Below are positions 55,028 through 64,000 of a DNA stretch of 64,000 nucleotides, piece by piece. The stretch is taken from the NCBI GenBank assembly GCA_963745035.1, contig CAVUVW010000005.1:180882-244881 (forward strand). The letters are read 5' to 3'. Each line of letters begins with the position of its first letter. The first letter of the stretch is position 1. The stretch is from an uncultured delta proteobacterium. Its GTDB lineage: Bacteria; Desulfobacterota; Binatia; UBA9968. The translations under genes were made by a program, and so were the position numbers. The notes beneath the pieces were generated by a model. The model saw only the letters and a list, made by a program, of their open reading frames with translations. It searched no databases and was not told the DNA's origin.

Positions 55028-55104
55028 GGGCCCATAGCTCAGTTGGTTAGAGCCACCGGCTCATAACCGGTTGGTCCCTGGTTCGAGTCCAGGTGGGCCC
55101 ACCA
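55028..55104 (+). tRNA. tRNA with CAT anticodon, probably tRNA-Ile2 (lysidine type)
   Basis: GGGCCCA/TGGGCCC acceptor stem, ACCGG-CTCATAA-CCGGT anticodon arm, GGTTCGAGTCC T-arm, ACCA end; lacks initiator features; follows rpoD. Confidence 0.93.
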
Positions 55105-56387
55105 ACCTTCCCCTGATTTTTCGCCTCTTTGCTCTTTCTTAACCTCCCAGGTTTCACTTTTTGCCAAGGTTTCACTATGGCGGCCCAGAACGCGCGCAAG
55201 CTGCTCGTCGACGTCGTTCCGGATGTACTTCCCGTAGTGTCTTTGGATCATGTCGGGCGACGTGCCGCAGTAGTCGGCGAGCCACTTGATGTTTGCCCCA
55301 TAGCTAAGCCCGACAGAAATGAACGTGTGGCGGGTATGATAGGGGCCGCGCGGCCGCACGCCGGCGCCACGTAGCGCTCGATACCATACGCCATGCGGGG
55401 TTTTCTCGCCGGCTTTGGTTTCTCGCCCGGATACTTTGCCGCGCCAGGTGTGGAAATCGATCGGCTGTCCATCCTCATTTAGCAAAGACGTGCTCCTGCC
55501 CCTGCAGGTCGCGCCATTTCGCGGTGCGCTTAAAGAGCTCCTGCAGCTGTTCGATGGCCTGCGGAACGATCTTGATCTCCCGCGTACTGCCGGCGGTTTT
55601 CGTCGCGCCGCCGTCGTCAATGTAGCGACTTTTCGAGATGGAGATCTGCCGCCGCTGAAAGTCGATGTCGGCCCAGCGAAGCGCCAGGGCTTCAGAAGGG
55701 CGCATGCCGGTTAGAAACTGGGTGAGGACAAAAGGGTAGTAGTGCGGAATCTTTTCTCGGAAGTGAGTCAGAATCCTATCGCGCTCGTCTTCTGAAAATG
55801 GATCGGGGTCTTTTGTCCGGGTCCGCGGCCAATCGAGAGCGGCGAACGGATTATCCCCAGTGAGCGCCGGCAGCCGGTCAATCTTTCGGGCGTCACGGTA
55901 GCAGGCGCGAAAACTCGCGTTGATGATGTTTTTAGCGCTCTTGATGCTCAGCTGCCGTTCCGCAACCAAGTAGGAGCGAAAAGCCTCGAGGGATGCTGCG
56001 CTCACTTCAGCCCATGACGTCGCCTCGAATGCCGGCAGAATGTAGCGCTGGAAATGCTCCCGGTAATCTCGCGCCAAGCCGGCGCGAACCATCGGCGGTT
56101 TCTTGCGCTCGATCCAAATCCGGTAATACTCGCCGACGTTAGCCGGTCCCTGGTCTGCGGGTTTCTCGGGTTCCAATGCCGGCGCTTTGTTGCCCTTTGG
56201 GAAGTGCCGCAGGTATTCGAAGGTCCCGGCTTCCATCTCTGCATTAATAATCAACGCGTGGGCCTCGACCGAGTCGACGGTTCTCTGGAGTATCGCGTAA
56301 TCTCGTGCCTTCCCATGAGCGCATGCCGCGCCAAAAGACGCGCAGCGCGAGAAATCCATGGCGGTTTACTTTGACGAGGCAGGACAT
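55039..56387 (-). CDS. Tyrosine integrase with N-terminal arm-binding domain (frameshifts near 56270 and 55480)
   Basis: N-terminus MSCLVKVNRHGFLALRVFWRGMRSWEGT..DTPENR; TGMRPSEALALRW, KT, PYHTRHTF, MIQRHY. Confidence 0.92.
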
Positions 56388-56390
56388 GAT

Positions 56391-56606
56391 CTAGGCGTTG
56401 CTCTCAAAATATTCGATCTCTGTTGTCTCGGTAGCCCCATCCTGAATACATCGAATCTCTTTCGCACCCCGGAGTCTTCCGTTACGCTCCGCCCAGGCCA
56501 TGAACTTTCGCTGCCCATCGCGGATTCGATATGCGGGGACGAGTTTGTCGTTTTCGGTATGCGCCGCTTCATCGTGACTCAGAAAGCGGATCGTCAAAGG
56601 CTTCAT
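56391..56606 (-). CDS. Hypothetical protein
   Basis: ATGA overlap with the upstream HTH gene; ends 3 bp before the integrase start. Confidence 0.55.
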   Translation of the reverse strand: MKPLTIRFLSHDEAAHTENDKLVPAYRIRDGQRKFMAWAERNGRLRGAKEIRCIQDGATETTEIEYFESNA

Positions 56607-56779
56607 TTTTTGCTCCCCAAGATTTTTACGAGCTTGACGGCCGTTTCGCTGATTCTCACTTCGTCTCGCTCCCAACGTGCGACGGTGTTCTCGGTGACGC
56701 CAAGCTTCGCGGCAAGCTGTTTTTGAGTGAGCTTCATTCGAGTTCTCAGCCGTCTTAGTTGCTGACCATTCATCGGCAT
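56603..56779 (-). CDS. Small XRE-family HTH protein (not in ORF track)
   Basis: MPMNGQQLRRLRTRMKLTQKQLAAKLGVTENTVARWERDEVRISETAVKLVKILGSKK. Confidence 0.85.
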   Translation of the reverse strand: MPMNGQQLRRLRTRMKLTQKQLAAKLGVTENTVARWERDEVRISETAVKLVKILGSKK

Positions 56780-56825
56780 ACAGCGTGTATAGTCGATAAA
56801 GCCGGCCCTGTCAAATGCTAAATCG

Positions 56826-57143
56826 TCAGAGTGAGTAGCCTTTGCGCATCGGGATCACTCCTGACTGTGCCGGTTTAGGTTGTTGTCCCTCGACCCACTC
56901 GACAACAGCCGACCACTTGAAAAGCGGTTCGCAATGCCACCGCTTCCCCGACTTATCTGTGCCTTCTGGGCGGAAGTAGTGCACGCCCTCACGAAAAATT
57001 CCCGCAGAGATCCGGTTTATAACTGTCTTGCGGTTGCACTTCAGGCGGATGGCGACTTCATCGATCGTCAGATACTCCTGGTCTTGCGCAACGCGCCGCA
57101 GGATCTCCTGGAGTAGGCTTTCGAGTTGAGTGTTGCCGTTCAT
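56826..57143 (-). CDS. Excisionase-like HTH protein
   Basis: YLTIDEVAIRLKCNRKTVINRISAGIFREGVHYFRP...W. Confidence 0.8.
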   Translation of the reverse strand: MNGNTQLESLLQEILRRVAQDQEYLTIDEVAIRLKCNRKTVINRISAGIFREGVHYFRPEGTDKSGKRWHCEPLFKWSAVVEWVEGQQPKPAQSGVIPMRKGYSL

Positions 57144-57340
57144 TTGTTTCTGAGATTCGACAGGATCTCCCACCGGCGGCCCTGTTCGATTGGCGCCAGC
57201 AGCCGGGCGGCACGCTTCAGGACCCAAAAGATAAGCCTGCATTCCTTGCCGCAAAACCTCCGCCGCATGCCTCGGGACCGACTGGTATCGATCATGGTCT
57301 TACAAAGCGGGTTGGTGCAGCCTTCAGGAAGCATCGCCAT
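57140..57340 (-). CDS. Small Zn-finger-like protein
   Basis: CTNPLC...RRRFCGKECR; ATGA overlap with the next gene. Confidence 0.6.
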   Translation of the reverse strand: MAMLPEGCTNPLCKTMIDTSRSRGMRRRFCGKECRLIFWVLKRAARLLAPIEQGRRWEILSNLRNK

Positions 57341-57695
57341 TAACTGTAAACGATTAAATAAAGCCGATTCCCACCCCGGCAGGGTTTGCTACCACCCTCG
57401 CGCAAATCGCGGCTTAAAGCGCCATAACGTGCCGCGCGCCTGCCTGCCGATCCAGCCATCCGCATTGTCGAGCCGCTCCGCACGCTTGACGGTTACCCGC
57501 TCCTGACACTTACGACACCGGCGCCTGCCCGGTGTGGCCTTGCGGCCGCAGTTAGTTCGACAACGCATTTCTTACCCTTTGTTTTTCCGGGCAGCGCGGT
57601 CGGTAGGAAGATCAACCTACCGGATCGATCCGCGCTTCCGTTGTGATCTCCAGGGCGGAAGGTCCCCGGATTAGCCCGGTGCTCAAAAACCTCCC

Positions 57696-58421
57696 TTACT
57701 GCCAAGCGATCAGCGGCTCAGGTCTTTTCTCTTCTTTCCATTCGCCGTACCGATCCGTCGCCGCTTCCGTGATCCGGGGGATTTGACCCTCAAAGGTCTC
57801 AACCGGGTAAACAGCTACCGGAATATTTTCTTTGATCGCCGCGATCTCCGCCGAAATATCGTCGACCGCCTCAAAGATCAGCTGTTCAGCACGCTGCAAA
57901 GCTCTCTGAATCGCCTCTATTCGCTTGCGGACGTGAGCGGCATTGCTTTTGACAATCTTTTTGGGCGGCGTTCCGAGTACGATGCCTTGCGCAACGTCGA
58001 GCTGCTGGCGCGTTGAGTCAAATTCAGCCAGGAGCCACGATTGAAACTCGATCAGCTCTGCAGGTACTGTTTTGCGAAGCGTTGCTCGCGCCTGGCTGAT
58101 CCGAATATCAAATCCCCCGGAAATCCCCAGGCGCTCCATTCCGGCGTGCATCAACGCTAAATTTGCGGCTTTGAGTTCCGCTTCCGCGCGGTCGACTCTT
58201 GCCTGCGCGTCGGTCACGACTTGAGCTGCAACCGGAAGCCGCTCCGTCTTCTCTTTGGTCGCCGCCTCAACTTCGGCCACAGCTGCGCGCCGCGTTGCCA
58301 GGACCTCGGTCTCACGCTGCCGTCTGAGCTCCCCGATTGGCGCCGTATTCTTGACCAGGTCGATGATCTCGTCGGCTTCCTGCTGCTTCGTGTCATCACT
58401 TCGCAAAAATCTTTCGAACAT
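57696..58421 (-). CDS. Hypothetical helical protein
   Basis: GGAGG RBS; 241-aa ORF. Confidence 0.7.
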   Translation of the reverse strand: MFERFLRSDDTKQQEADEIIDLVKNTAPIGELRRQRETEVLATRRAAVAEVEAATKEKTERLPVAAQVVTDAQARVDRAEAELKAANLALMHAGMERLGISGGFDIRISQARATLRKTVPAELIEFQSWLLAEFDSTRQQLDVAQGIVLGTPPKKIVKSNAAHVRKRIEAIQRALQRAEQLIFEAVDDISAEIAAIKENIPVAVYPVETFEGQIPRITEAATDRYGEWKEEKRPEPLIAWQ

Positions 58422-58443
58422 AATCCCTCCTTGAAATTGGTTT

Positions 58444-58677
58444 TTACGATTCGGGTTTTTTTTCGAAAACGCCCTCGCCATACCAGCGTTCCAAGCCGGC
58501 CTTGATCTCCCGGAGATCATCACCGATTGTTTCTAGCAAATGGGTTTCTAAGAACCCCCCCGGCAGATTGGAGTCGCGACTTCTCTCATGCGTTTCAATG
58601 GCGTTTATGATGATTTCCAGCCGGTGGCGAAGCCGGTCGTAAGTCCAGGGTTCTTTTTCTCGCTCCGTGCTGATCAT
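58444..58677 (-). CDS. Hypothetical protein
   Basis: Coupled ORF in the - strand series. Confidence 0.5.
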   Translation of the reverse strand: MISTEREKEPWTYDRLRHRLEIIINAIETHERSRDSNLPGGFLETHLLETIGDDLREIKAGLERWYGEGVFEKKPES

Positions 58678-58847
58678 TGCGTTTTCTGCAAGGCCACTTT
58701 GAGTTCTTCCAACTTCTGTCGCGCCGCTGCGATTGTTTTTATGAGCGCCGCGGCTCCTTCGTAGCGAAGAATAACCGTCGTCTGCGGCTCGTCTGGCAGG
58801 AGCGAAAGAACTAAATGGATTTCGTTGATTAGTTCGGTTTGTTTCAT
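58674..58847 (-). CDS. Hypothetical protein
   Basis: ATGA overlap with the downstream ORF. Confidence 0.45.
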   Translation of the reverse strand: MKQTELINEIHLVLSLLPDEPQTTVILRYEGAAALIKTIAAARQKLEELKVALQKTQ

Positions 58848-59239
58848 TGTCTTTATCCTGGCGACAAAACCGCCCTTGAGCACGTTGTCAGCCTCACGGA
58901 TTGAGCTGTCCCCTCAGTAAATTGTCGGATGGATGCGGATAAAAAAAATGGCCCGGTGCTTGCATTTGTTTTTTTGACAGTTGGAGGCGTAGGCCATGAA
59001 AGCGGGATGTCCTGGCAACTGCGCGTTTGGAACACAAAGGCCCGTTGGAGTTCTGGAATTTGGACAACTGTCCAATGCCACACGGGCGCAAATCGTATTA
59101 CTCCACGAGACAGCTTGGCTATGCGAAAACTGCGGCTCGGTTTACGTAACCTCCTCGGGCGAGACAATAATGCTCGAACGGTTGCCACCTTTGGGACGCT
59201 GACCTGTTCAATTATTTTCGGATCAGTCGGTTTCATGAT

Positions 59240-59731
59240 TCAATCTGCATCCACAAAGATTCCGCAGTTGTTTCTATACGGGTAATGTTCGCAATCGATA
59301 TAGAGATCGCCAGGAATCCAAAATTCATGACGTTGGATCGCCGATTCCAAATCGAACTGGATCTTTTTCGCGATGTCTCGCGCACGCTCCCAGCATGGCG
59401 GACACTTGCCGAGGTCTCCCGGCTGAACGTGCACGTTTATGACTGAGCCGAATTTGTCGAAGATCGCTATTTCTTCAGGAAAGAGTAGGTTGCGCTCAGC
59501 GAGATAGTCATACTCGCTCTCGTAGAGGTAACCGTCGTAGACCGAAGGCATACCAAAGTATAATTTCCCCGTCGCCCATGAGGGCAAGCTCGGATCTTCG
59601 GCGGCCGGTAAGCGATCATCGCCCGGATGATTCCCGTCGCAATCGTCGCTGTGCTCTGGGTTGGTGCAATCGCGACCAACTACACGCCGCGGTTCCGGTG
59701 CGTCCCATTTCCACCAAGCCCAGGGGCGCAA
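59240..59731 (-). CDS. Hypothetical phage-type protein (5' part probably frameshifted)
   Basis: RPWAWWKWDAPEPRR...YESEYDYL...LL.PEE; downstream of terS. Confidence 0.55.
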   Translation of the reverse strand: MRPWAWWKWDAPEPRRVVGRDCTNPEHSDDCDGNHPGDDRLPAAEDPSLPSWATGKLYFGMPSVYDGYLYESEYDYLAERNLLFPEEIAIFDKFGSVINVHVQPGDLGKCPPCWERARDIAKKIQFDLESAIQRHEFWIPGDLYIDCEHYPYRNNCGIFVDAD

Positions 59732-59801
59732 TCCCGGCCGGTAGTGCGCATGCGCCGGAACCAGCTCGTCTTTTACTTCCTCATAGAGAAATTTTCTGGT
59801 C

Positions 59802-60020
59802 TCATCGTCGTCGCCATCTTTCGTATCGTCGCGGCAAAGATCTGGTGAGCCAAAAATGACCCGTGACTAAACCGCGAAGTTCGTTGACACCTTCATCATT
59901 GCGAAACCGGTTTTCTGTACCCCATGGCACACCTTCCTCGATGAGTTTTCTGAGCCCTTCAATCACGCGATCGTTAAGCCGCTTCGCGCGCGTTGTCTCT
60001 CTGCCGGACTGGCATTTCAT
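59802..60020 (-). CDS. Hypothetical protein fragment
   Basis: ATGA overlap with the terS stop; may join 59240-59731 through indels. Confidence 0.4.
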   Translation of the reverse strand: MKCQSGRETTRAKRLNDRVIEGLRKLIEEGVPWGTENRFRNDEGVNELRGLVTGHFWLTRSLPRRYERWRRR

Positions 60021-60356
60021 CGGCCTCCGTATCCAAGCGGCTTCGGCCGCGGTGAGTCCGGCGGTTCCTCGGACAGATTTAATTCTCTAATCAGGCGCGC
60101 AAACGCGATGCGGGAATCCTTTTCGATCACGGCCTCACGGCCTAATTTTCGTTTCGCCATACTTGTTTTCGAACGTCAGGCCGTGTTTCTTGATGGCCTC
60201 GCGCGCCTGTTGACAACGATCCCACGCTTCGCCAGCCAATTGTAAAAGTCTGACGTGATGCGACTCTAATTCGTAGTCTTCGAGCACGCTTTCAAACCAT
60301 CGTTGCGTCGCTACGCGTAGATGTTTAGGCGGTTTCGGTTTTGATGTCGTCATCAT
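60017..60356 (-). CDS. Phage terminase small subunit, P27 family (frameshift near 60135)
   Basis: PKPPKHL..A..W, EAWDR...A...I.K.G, then VIEKDSRIAFARLIRELNL. Confidence 0.8.
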
Positions 60357-60706
60357 TTTTTATAGAGACCGGGTGCGTCCGCATAAATGCGTGACTGCCA
60401 CGCGGTAAACCGCCATGAGAGCAATAGCTCTTGGAAGCACCCCGCTATCCCTTTGATTTTATTGCTGAATCTTCTGATGGTTTCGATGGAATCAATCAAA
60501 TCTCAGCCTCCTGTGTAGAAAATTGGTTTACCTGCTCGCAATACATGCAAAGCTCATCGAGGTGATGCACACACAAAATGCGGCCGCGTCTTCGGTGACC
60601 GACCGTTATCGCTTCGCGCCCGCTGTCGAACGCATGACGCACGGACCGCCCTCTGAATATTTGCGGCGCCATGCGCGTGACAAGTGAGAATTTTTTCCCC
60701 ATGGCT

Positions 60707-61039
60707 TTAGACCGCCTTCAAAGGCACGGCGCCGTCTTTCGGCTGGCTTCCGTCGTCGACCACCGAGAATACCGGCCGCGCTGTCCGCGCCGATCTCTTC
60801 GCTTCCATCTCGCGATGCTGAATCCACCGCATGAGCGCGCCTTTCCTGATTCTCCAAATTCGTTTTCGTTGTCCGCTTTTCAGAACGAAGGCCGGAAGCG
60901 TACCCGCTTCAAACAACGGAACAGCTGTCCAACGGGAAATGCCGAGAATGGCCGCGGCCTCATCAACGCTCAATGCTGCATCATCGGGCCTGGCTTCGAT
61001 GCCAGCGAGAAGCGCTGCTCTCTTCTCTTCCTTCGTCAC
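60707..61039 (-). CDS. Excisionase-like HTH protein
   Basis: GTG start; ALSVDEAAAILGISRWTA....G.LPAF...RIWRI. Confidence 0.75.
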   Translation of the reverse strand: MTKEEKRAALLAGIEARPDDAALSVDEAAAILGISRWTAVPLFEAGTLPAFVLKSGQRKRIWRIRKGALMRWIQHREMEAKRSARTARPVFSVVDDGSQPKDGAVPLKAV

Positions 61040-61779
61040 GCCGCGGCCCTCATTGTTTTTTGAAATTTCCATCGGCCGTGCCAAGAAATCGCAGCTCTTA
61101 AAAACACGATAACCGAGCGAAAAGACTTCGAGTCTGCTGATCTCACCGCCTGCTACCAGATAATCATCAAGACCTATCTTGATGCTTCTGTTTTGCGGTA
61201 TCTGCGCAACTAAAACCTCGGCGCCGAGCGCTTGCAGTTCCCGGCCAAGTGCATAGATAGCGCGCAGAAGATCGGGACGCTGGAAAACATCCGAGTCCGG
61301 AATGATCGTGACTTCCCGTCGATCCCATTGAATCAAATTCAAATCGCTGATCGGCTCGCCATGGGAGAGCCAATTCCAGACACCGCCGACGCCCACGGCA
61401 TTGAATCCCGCCTGATATGCGGCAATCGTTTTCTTTTCGCCTTCGGTCACAATCACCGGGCCGTCGACGACGGTGAACGGGGCATATAAGCGGGCGCCGG
61501 TTTTAGGTGGTTGCGCGTATTTCATCTTGCCGAGCGCCGGAAAGAGCTTGATGCGTGCGAATTGACCGCCCTGGTAGGGGAAACACAGTGCGGTTCCGAT
61601 CTCGAACGGCACTTGGCGGAAAAAATGTTCGAGATTGCACGGGCAAATTGAGTGCACGCCCGCCGCTCGAATGCTTTCCTCTGTCAAACCGCTCGCGCGA
61701 AGGTCTGCCAGATGATCGCCATGAAGATGAACGAGAGATCGCCGCCGGTAATGAATTTGTAAGGCGCCGTGAAATTCAT
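61040..61779 (-). CDS. Toprim primase-like protein, DUF3854-like (boundaries approximate)
   Basis: HLADLRASGL, KYAQP, VTEGEKK, GVGGVWNW, IIPDSD, GLDDYL. Confidence 0.8.
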
Positions 61780-62612
61780 CGGCCGAACTCCTCGACCGCG
61801 CACGCGGCCCATCGAAACTGAGCGAGTACGATGTCAGCGGCCCGTGTCGGTTTTTTAGAACATCGACTTCGAGGATTTCTCGGTCTTCCCGGGTAAGAGC
61901 GAAAACGCCATCAGCATGATTTTCGAGCTCGCCGGAGTCGCGGAGATCGGCAAGTGTCGGGGTCTTATTCGCGCGCTTTTCAATCTCTCTGTTGAGCTGC
62001 ACGGCAGCGACAACAGGAATATCCAAGTCCCTGGCGAGAATCTTTAGCTGCTTGGCCGTTTCGCTGATCAGCCAGTAGCGTTGCTCCGGACCGAGACCGC
62101 GCATCGTCAACAGGCCGACGTAATCGATACAGAGAATCGAATCCGACGATTTCGGGATTTCCGTGCGGGCTGCGGCGAGCAGTGCTGTGACGTCGGTGCT
62201 CTCGAAGAAAAGCGGTGAGAATTTTTCAAGCTCGATCGCCAGTTTTTTGAAGTACTCGATACGCTCGCTGGTGCGTTCGCCTTCGTTTAGCTCGCGCAAC
62301 GTTAGGTCTGGATCTCTCAGACATGCCAGTCGGTTCCACATCTGCTCGACACTCATTTCGAGGTTGCAGAAATAAACCGATGCCGGCCATCGCTTGTAGA
62401 CATGCAAGAGAAAAAAGATAGGCAGTTTTGCCAACGCCGGCGCGAGCGGCTATCAGGTAGAACGCAGCGCGCAGCATCGCCCCAGCGGTTTGATCGTGTG
62501 CCTTGAAAAACGTCTTGAAGTAGCGCTGGGCGCTCGGCTCCTCGAGCGACTTGAGCCAGCGAGCACGGCTCTCGATCTGGGGAATGAATTTCGGGGCTTC
62601 AGCGGGCTGCAT
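61776..62612 (-). CDS. DnaB-like helicase, C-terminal domain only (frameshifted)
   Basis: AARAGVGKT, LEMS, IDY, QLNR, DLRDSGELENHAD, KNRHGP. Confidence 0.88.
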
Positions 62613-63437
62613 TGGCAAACCGCCTCTCGAAAAGATCCCGGGCCATAAGTTGTCCGTCGACCTCGACGAAGCCGTCGCCGCGGTCTTTCACTTCGGTTGG
62701 CTTAGGATGCCCATTTGATTTCCCGGCGCCGAGCGATTCATCCTCCCAACGGCGCGCGTTTAGCCACGCCGCCGGATGCTTGATGTACCTCTGTTCCGTA
62801 TCAGCAACGCTTTCGGCGTAGCGCTCGACGCCAGCCATAATGTCGGTGACGAGCTCGGGGGACGGTGAAAGCGTAAGCCAGACTTTGAGAGCGCCGGCTG
62901 GCGATCAACGCGTCGCGGATAGGCTTGGTAAAATCTCGAAGTCCGCCATGACGCTCGGATCGGCCGGAGTAAGTTTTCTGCTTCGCTTATTGGAAGATGA
63001 TTCTAGGCGCTTTAGCGCCGCTATTTCTTCTTTCTTTGGAATATCTTTGGAAGGTCACTCCTGAGTGACTAGCTAAGTGACTAGCCTGGTCACTTTTTGT
63101 GCCTAGCCCCTGGTCTCTTAATGTGACTAGCTCGTCATCGGAGATTTCGACATTGATGCGGTACTCGCTTGCCAGCTGCCGACTCGGATCTCCAGCCATC
63201 ACGCTTAGCAGCGGTCCGAGGTCTTTTAGCGAACGCACAACGCTCCATCGCGCCATCCCGGTGATTTCCTGAGCTGCTTTAGGCTGATCCGGTCACCTTC
63301 CGGTTTGCCCCAGCCGTAGGTGTAGCGGCAGATTGCGAAGAGAACCTTCATCGCGCCCGGTGCCAGGGTGCGCATTATTTCGTCCAGTATCACATTGGGG
63401 ATAGGGGTAAAGTTCGGTTTTAGTTTCTCTCGCTCAT
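62599..63437 (-). CDS. Phage replication initiator, lambda O-like (frameshifted)
   Basis: FTPIPNVILD...ICRYTYGWGK..DRISLKQ N-terminus; YIKHPAAWLNARRWEDE C-terminus. Confidence 0.8.
63053..63131. repeat. Iteron-like GTGACTAGC repeats inside the rep gene
   Basis: GTGACTAGC at 63065, 63077 and 63123; GTGCCTAGC at 63099; inverted GTCAC at 63054 and 63089. Confidence 0.7.
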
Positions 63438-63659
63438 GCTGCTGCTCGGGCCTCCGGCCGTGGCTGAATAAGGTCCGATAAAATAAGTGCAGCCTCGATC
63501 CACGGTTCAAGCTGAGGAGTTCTTGATCGGTATCGACCGTCGGAACAACTGAAATGATTCTCCCGAGTTCCGATCGATGCTAAAAATCACTCGGCTTATG
63601 CTCTTTCGTTGATTTGCATCCTTGGGTGTGGTTAGAGTCTGTCTCATTCGCATCTCCTT

Positions 63660-63706
63660 TGCGCCTCACGGTCTGCCGGCCAAGCTCACCGCTGGGGCGC
63701 TTTTTT
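63660..63706 (+). terminator. Long GC hairpin with T-tract (terminator-like)
   Basis: GCGCCTCA-CGGT...ACCG-CTGGGGCGC followed by TTTTTT. Confidence 0.5.
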
Positions 63707-64000
63707 ACATACGCAATCCGCTTTGATTATCCTCGCCACCTAGTAACAACTTTGAACGTTCTCTGATCGCTGCCCGAGCAAAATCATTCAGCGAAACTCC
63801 TTGCTTCATCGTCTCTGCCGATCGCCAGAGATTCCGCTCATCCTCAGACAAACGGAAAGCACTGTGAACCATCGGGCGCTTCGACCAAAAACGTTTAGTT
63901 GGTCTTCATTTTGTTTCTCACCTCCACAATCATTCTGTGCTAGGGTAATAACCGAGATCCGAGGCCGGGACAAAAAAGAAATCACGTAGAACATGCTCAG

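Larger units (their letters stand above)
55105..64000 (-). mobile_element. Integrated phage-satellite/prophage-like element (right end outside window)
   Basis: Integrase abutting the tRNA; HTH/excisionase-like, terminase small subunit, Toprim, DnaB-like and replication genes all on the - strand; sequence visibly less GC-rich. Confidence 0.85.

Noticed and set aside
55028-55104. tRNA-Met or fMet call from the CAT anticodon
   Set aside because: Paired 1-72 position and no three consecutive G-C pairs in the anticodon stem; resembles tRNA-Ile2, though elongator Met is not formally excluded
60707-62434. 575-aa apparent helicase-primase-HTH fusion
   Set aside because: Junction sequences read as off-frame and the helicase Walker A lies in another frame; probably three genes joined by indels

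Overview
GC-rich bacterial chromosome segment. The gene repertoire (amidohydrolases, LLM oxidoreductase, TctC/SsuA binding proteins, rpsU-yqeY-cvpA-dnaG-rpoD) suggests a deltaproteobacterial-type lineage, possibly Binatia; this is inference only. Many genes, including essential rpoD, are split by single-base indels, most likely assembly errors. Four regions: (1) 1-33.5 kb, catabolic and transport genes plus a membrane-anchored coiled-coil protein of about 1040 aa built from 78-aa repeats, with several families of short-period intergenic repeats. (2) 33.7-45.1 kb, a divergent light/UV-defence island. The left arm has DUF523/DUF1722, SRPBCC, uvsE, a Rieske oxygenase, a CrtU-like desaturase and a lycopene cyclase. 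The right arm has TIGR01777, a cobalamin-binding regulator, crtE, crtI and crtB. The regulator carries the CarH photoreceptor motifs but has a C-terminal XRE HTH instead of the N-terminal MerR domain; this is the top candidate for an undescribed system. (3) 45.2-55.1 kb, housekeeping genes from ispA-dxs-tlyA to rpoD and a tRNA(CAT). (4) 55.1-64 kb, a phage-satellite-like element integrated at that tRNA, whose integrase reading frame runs into the tRNA; the element continues past the window end.
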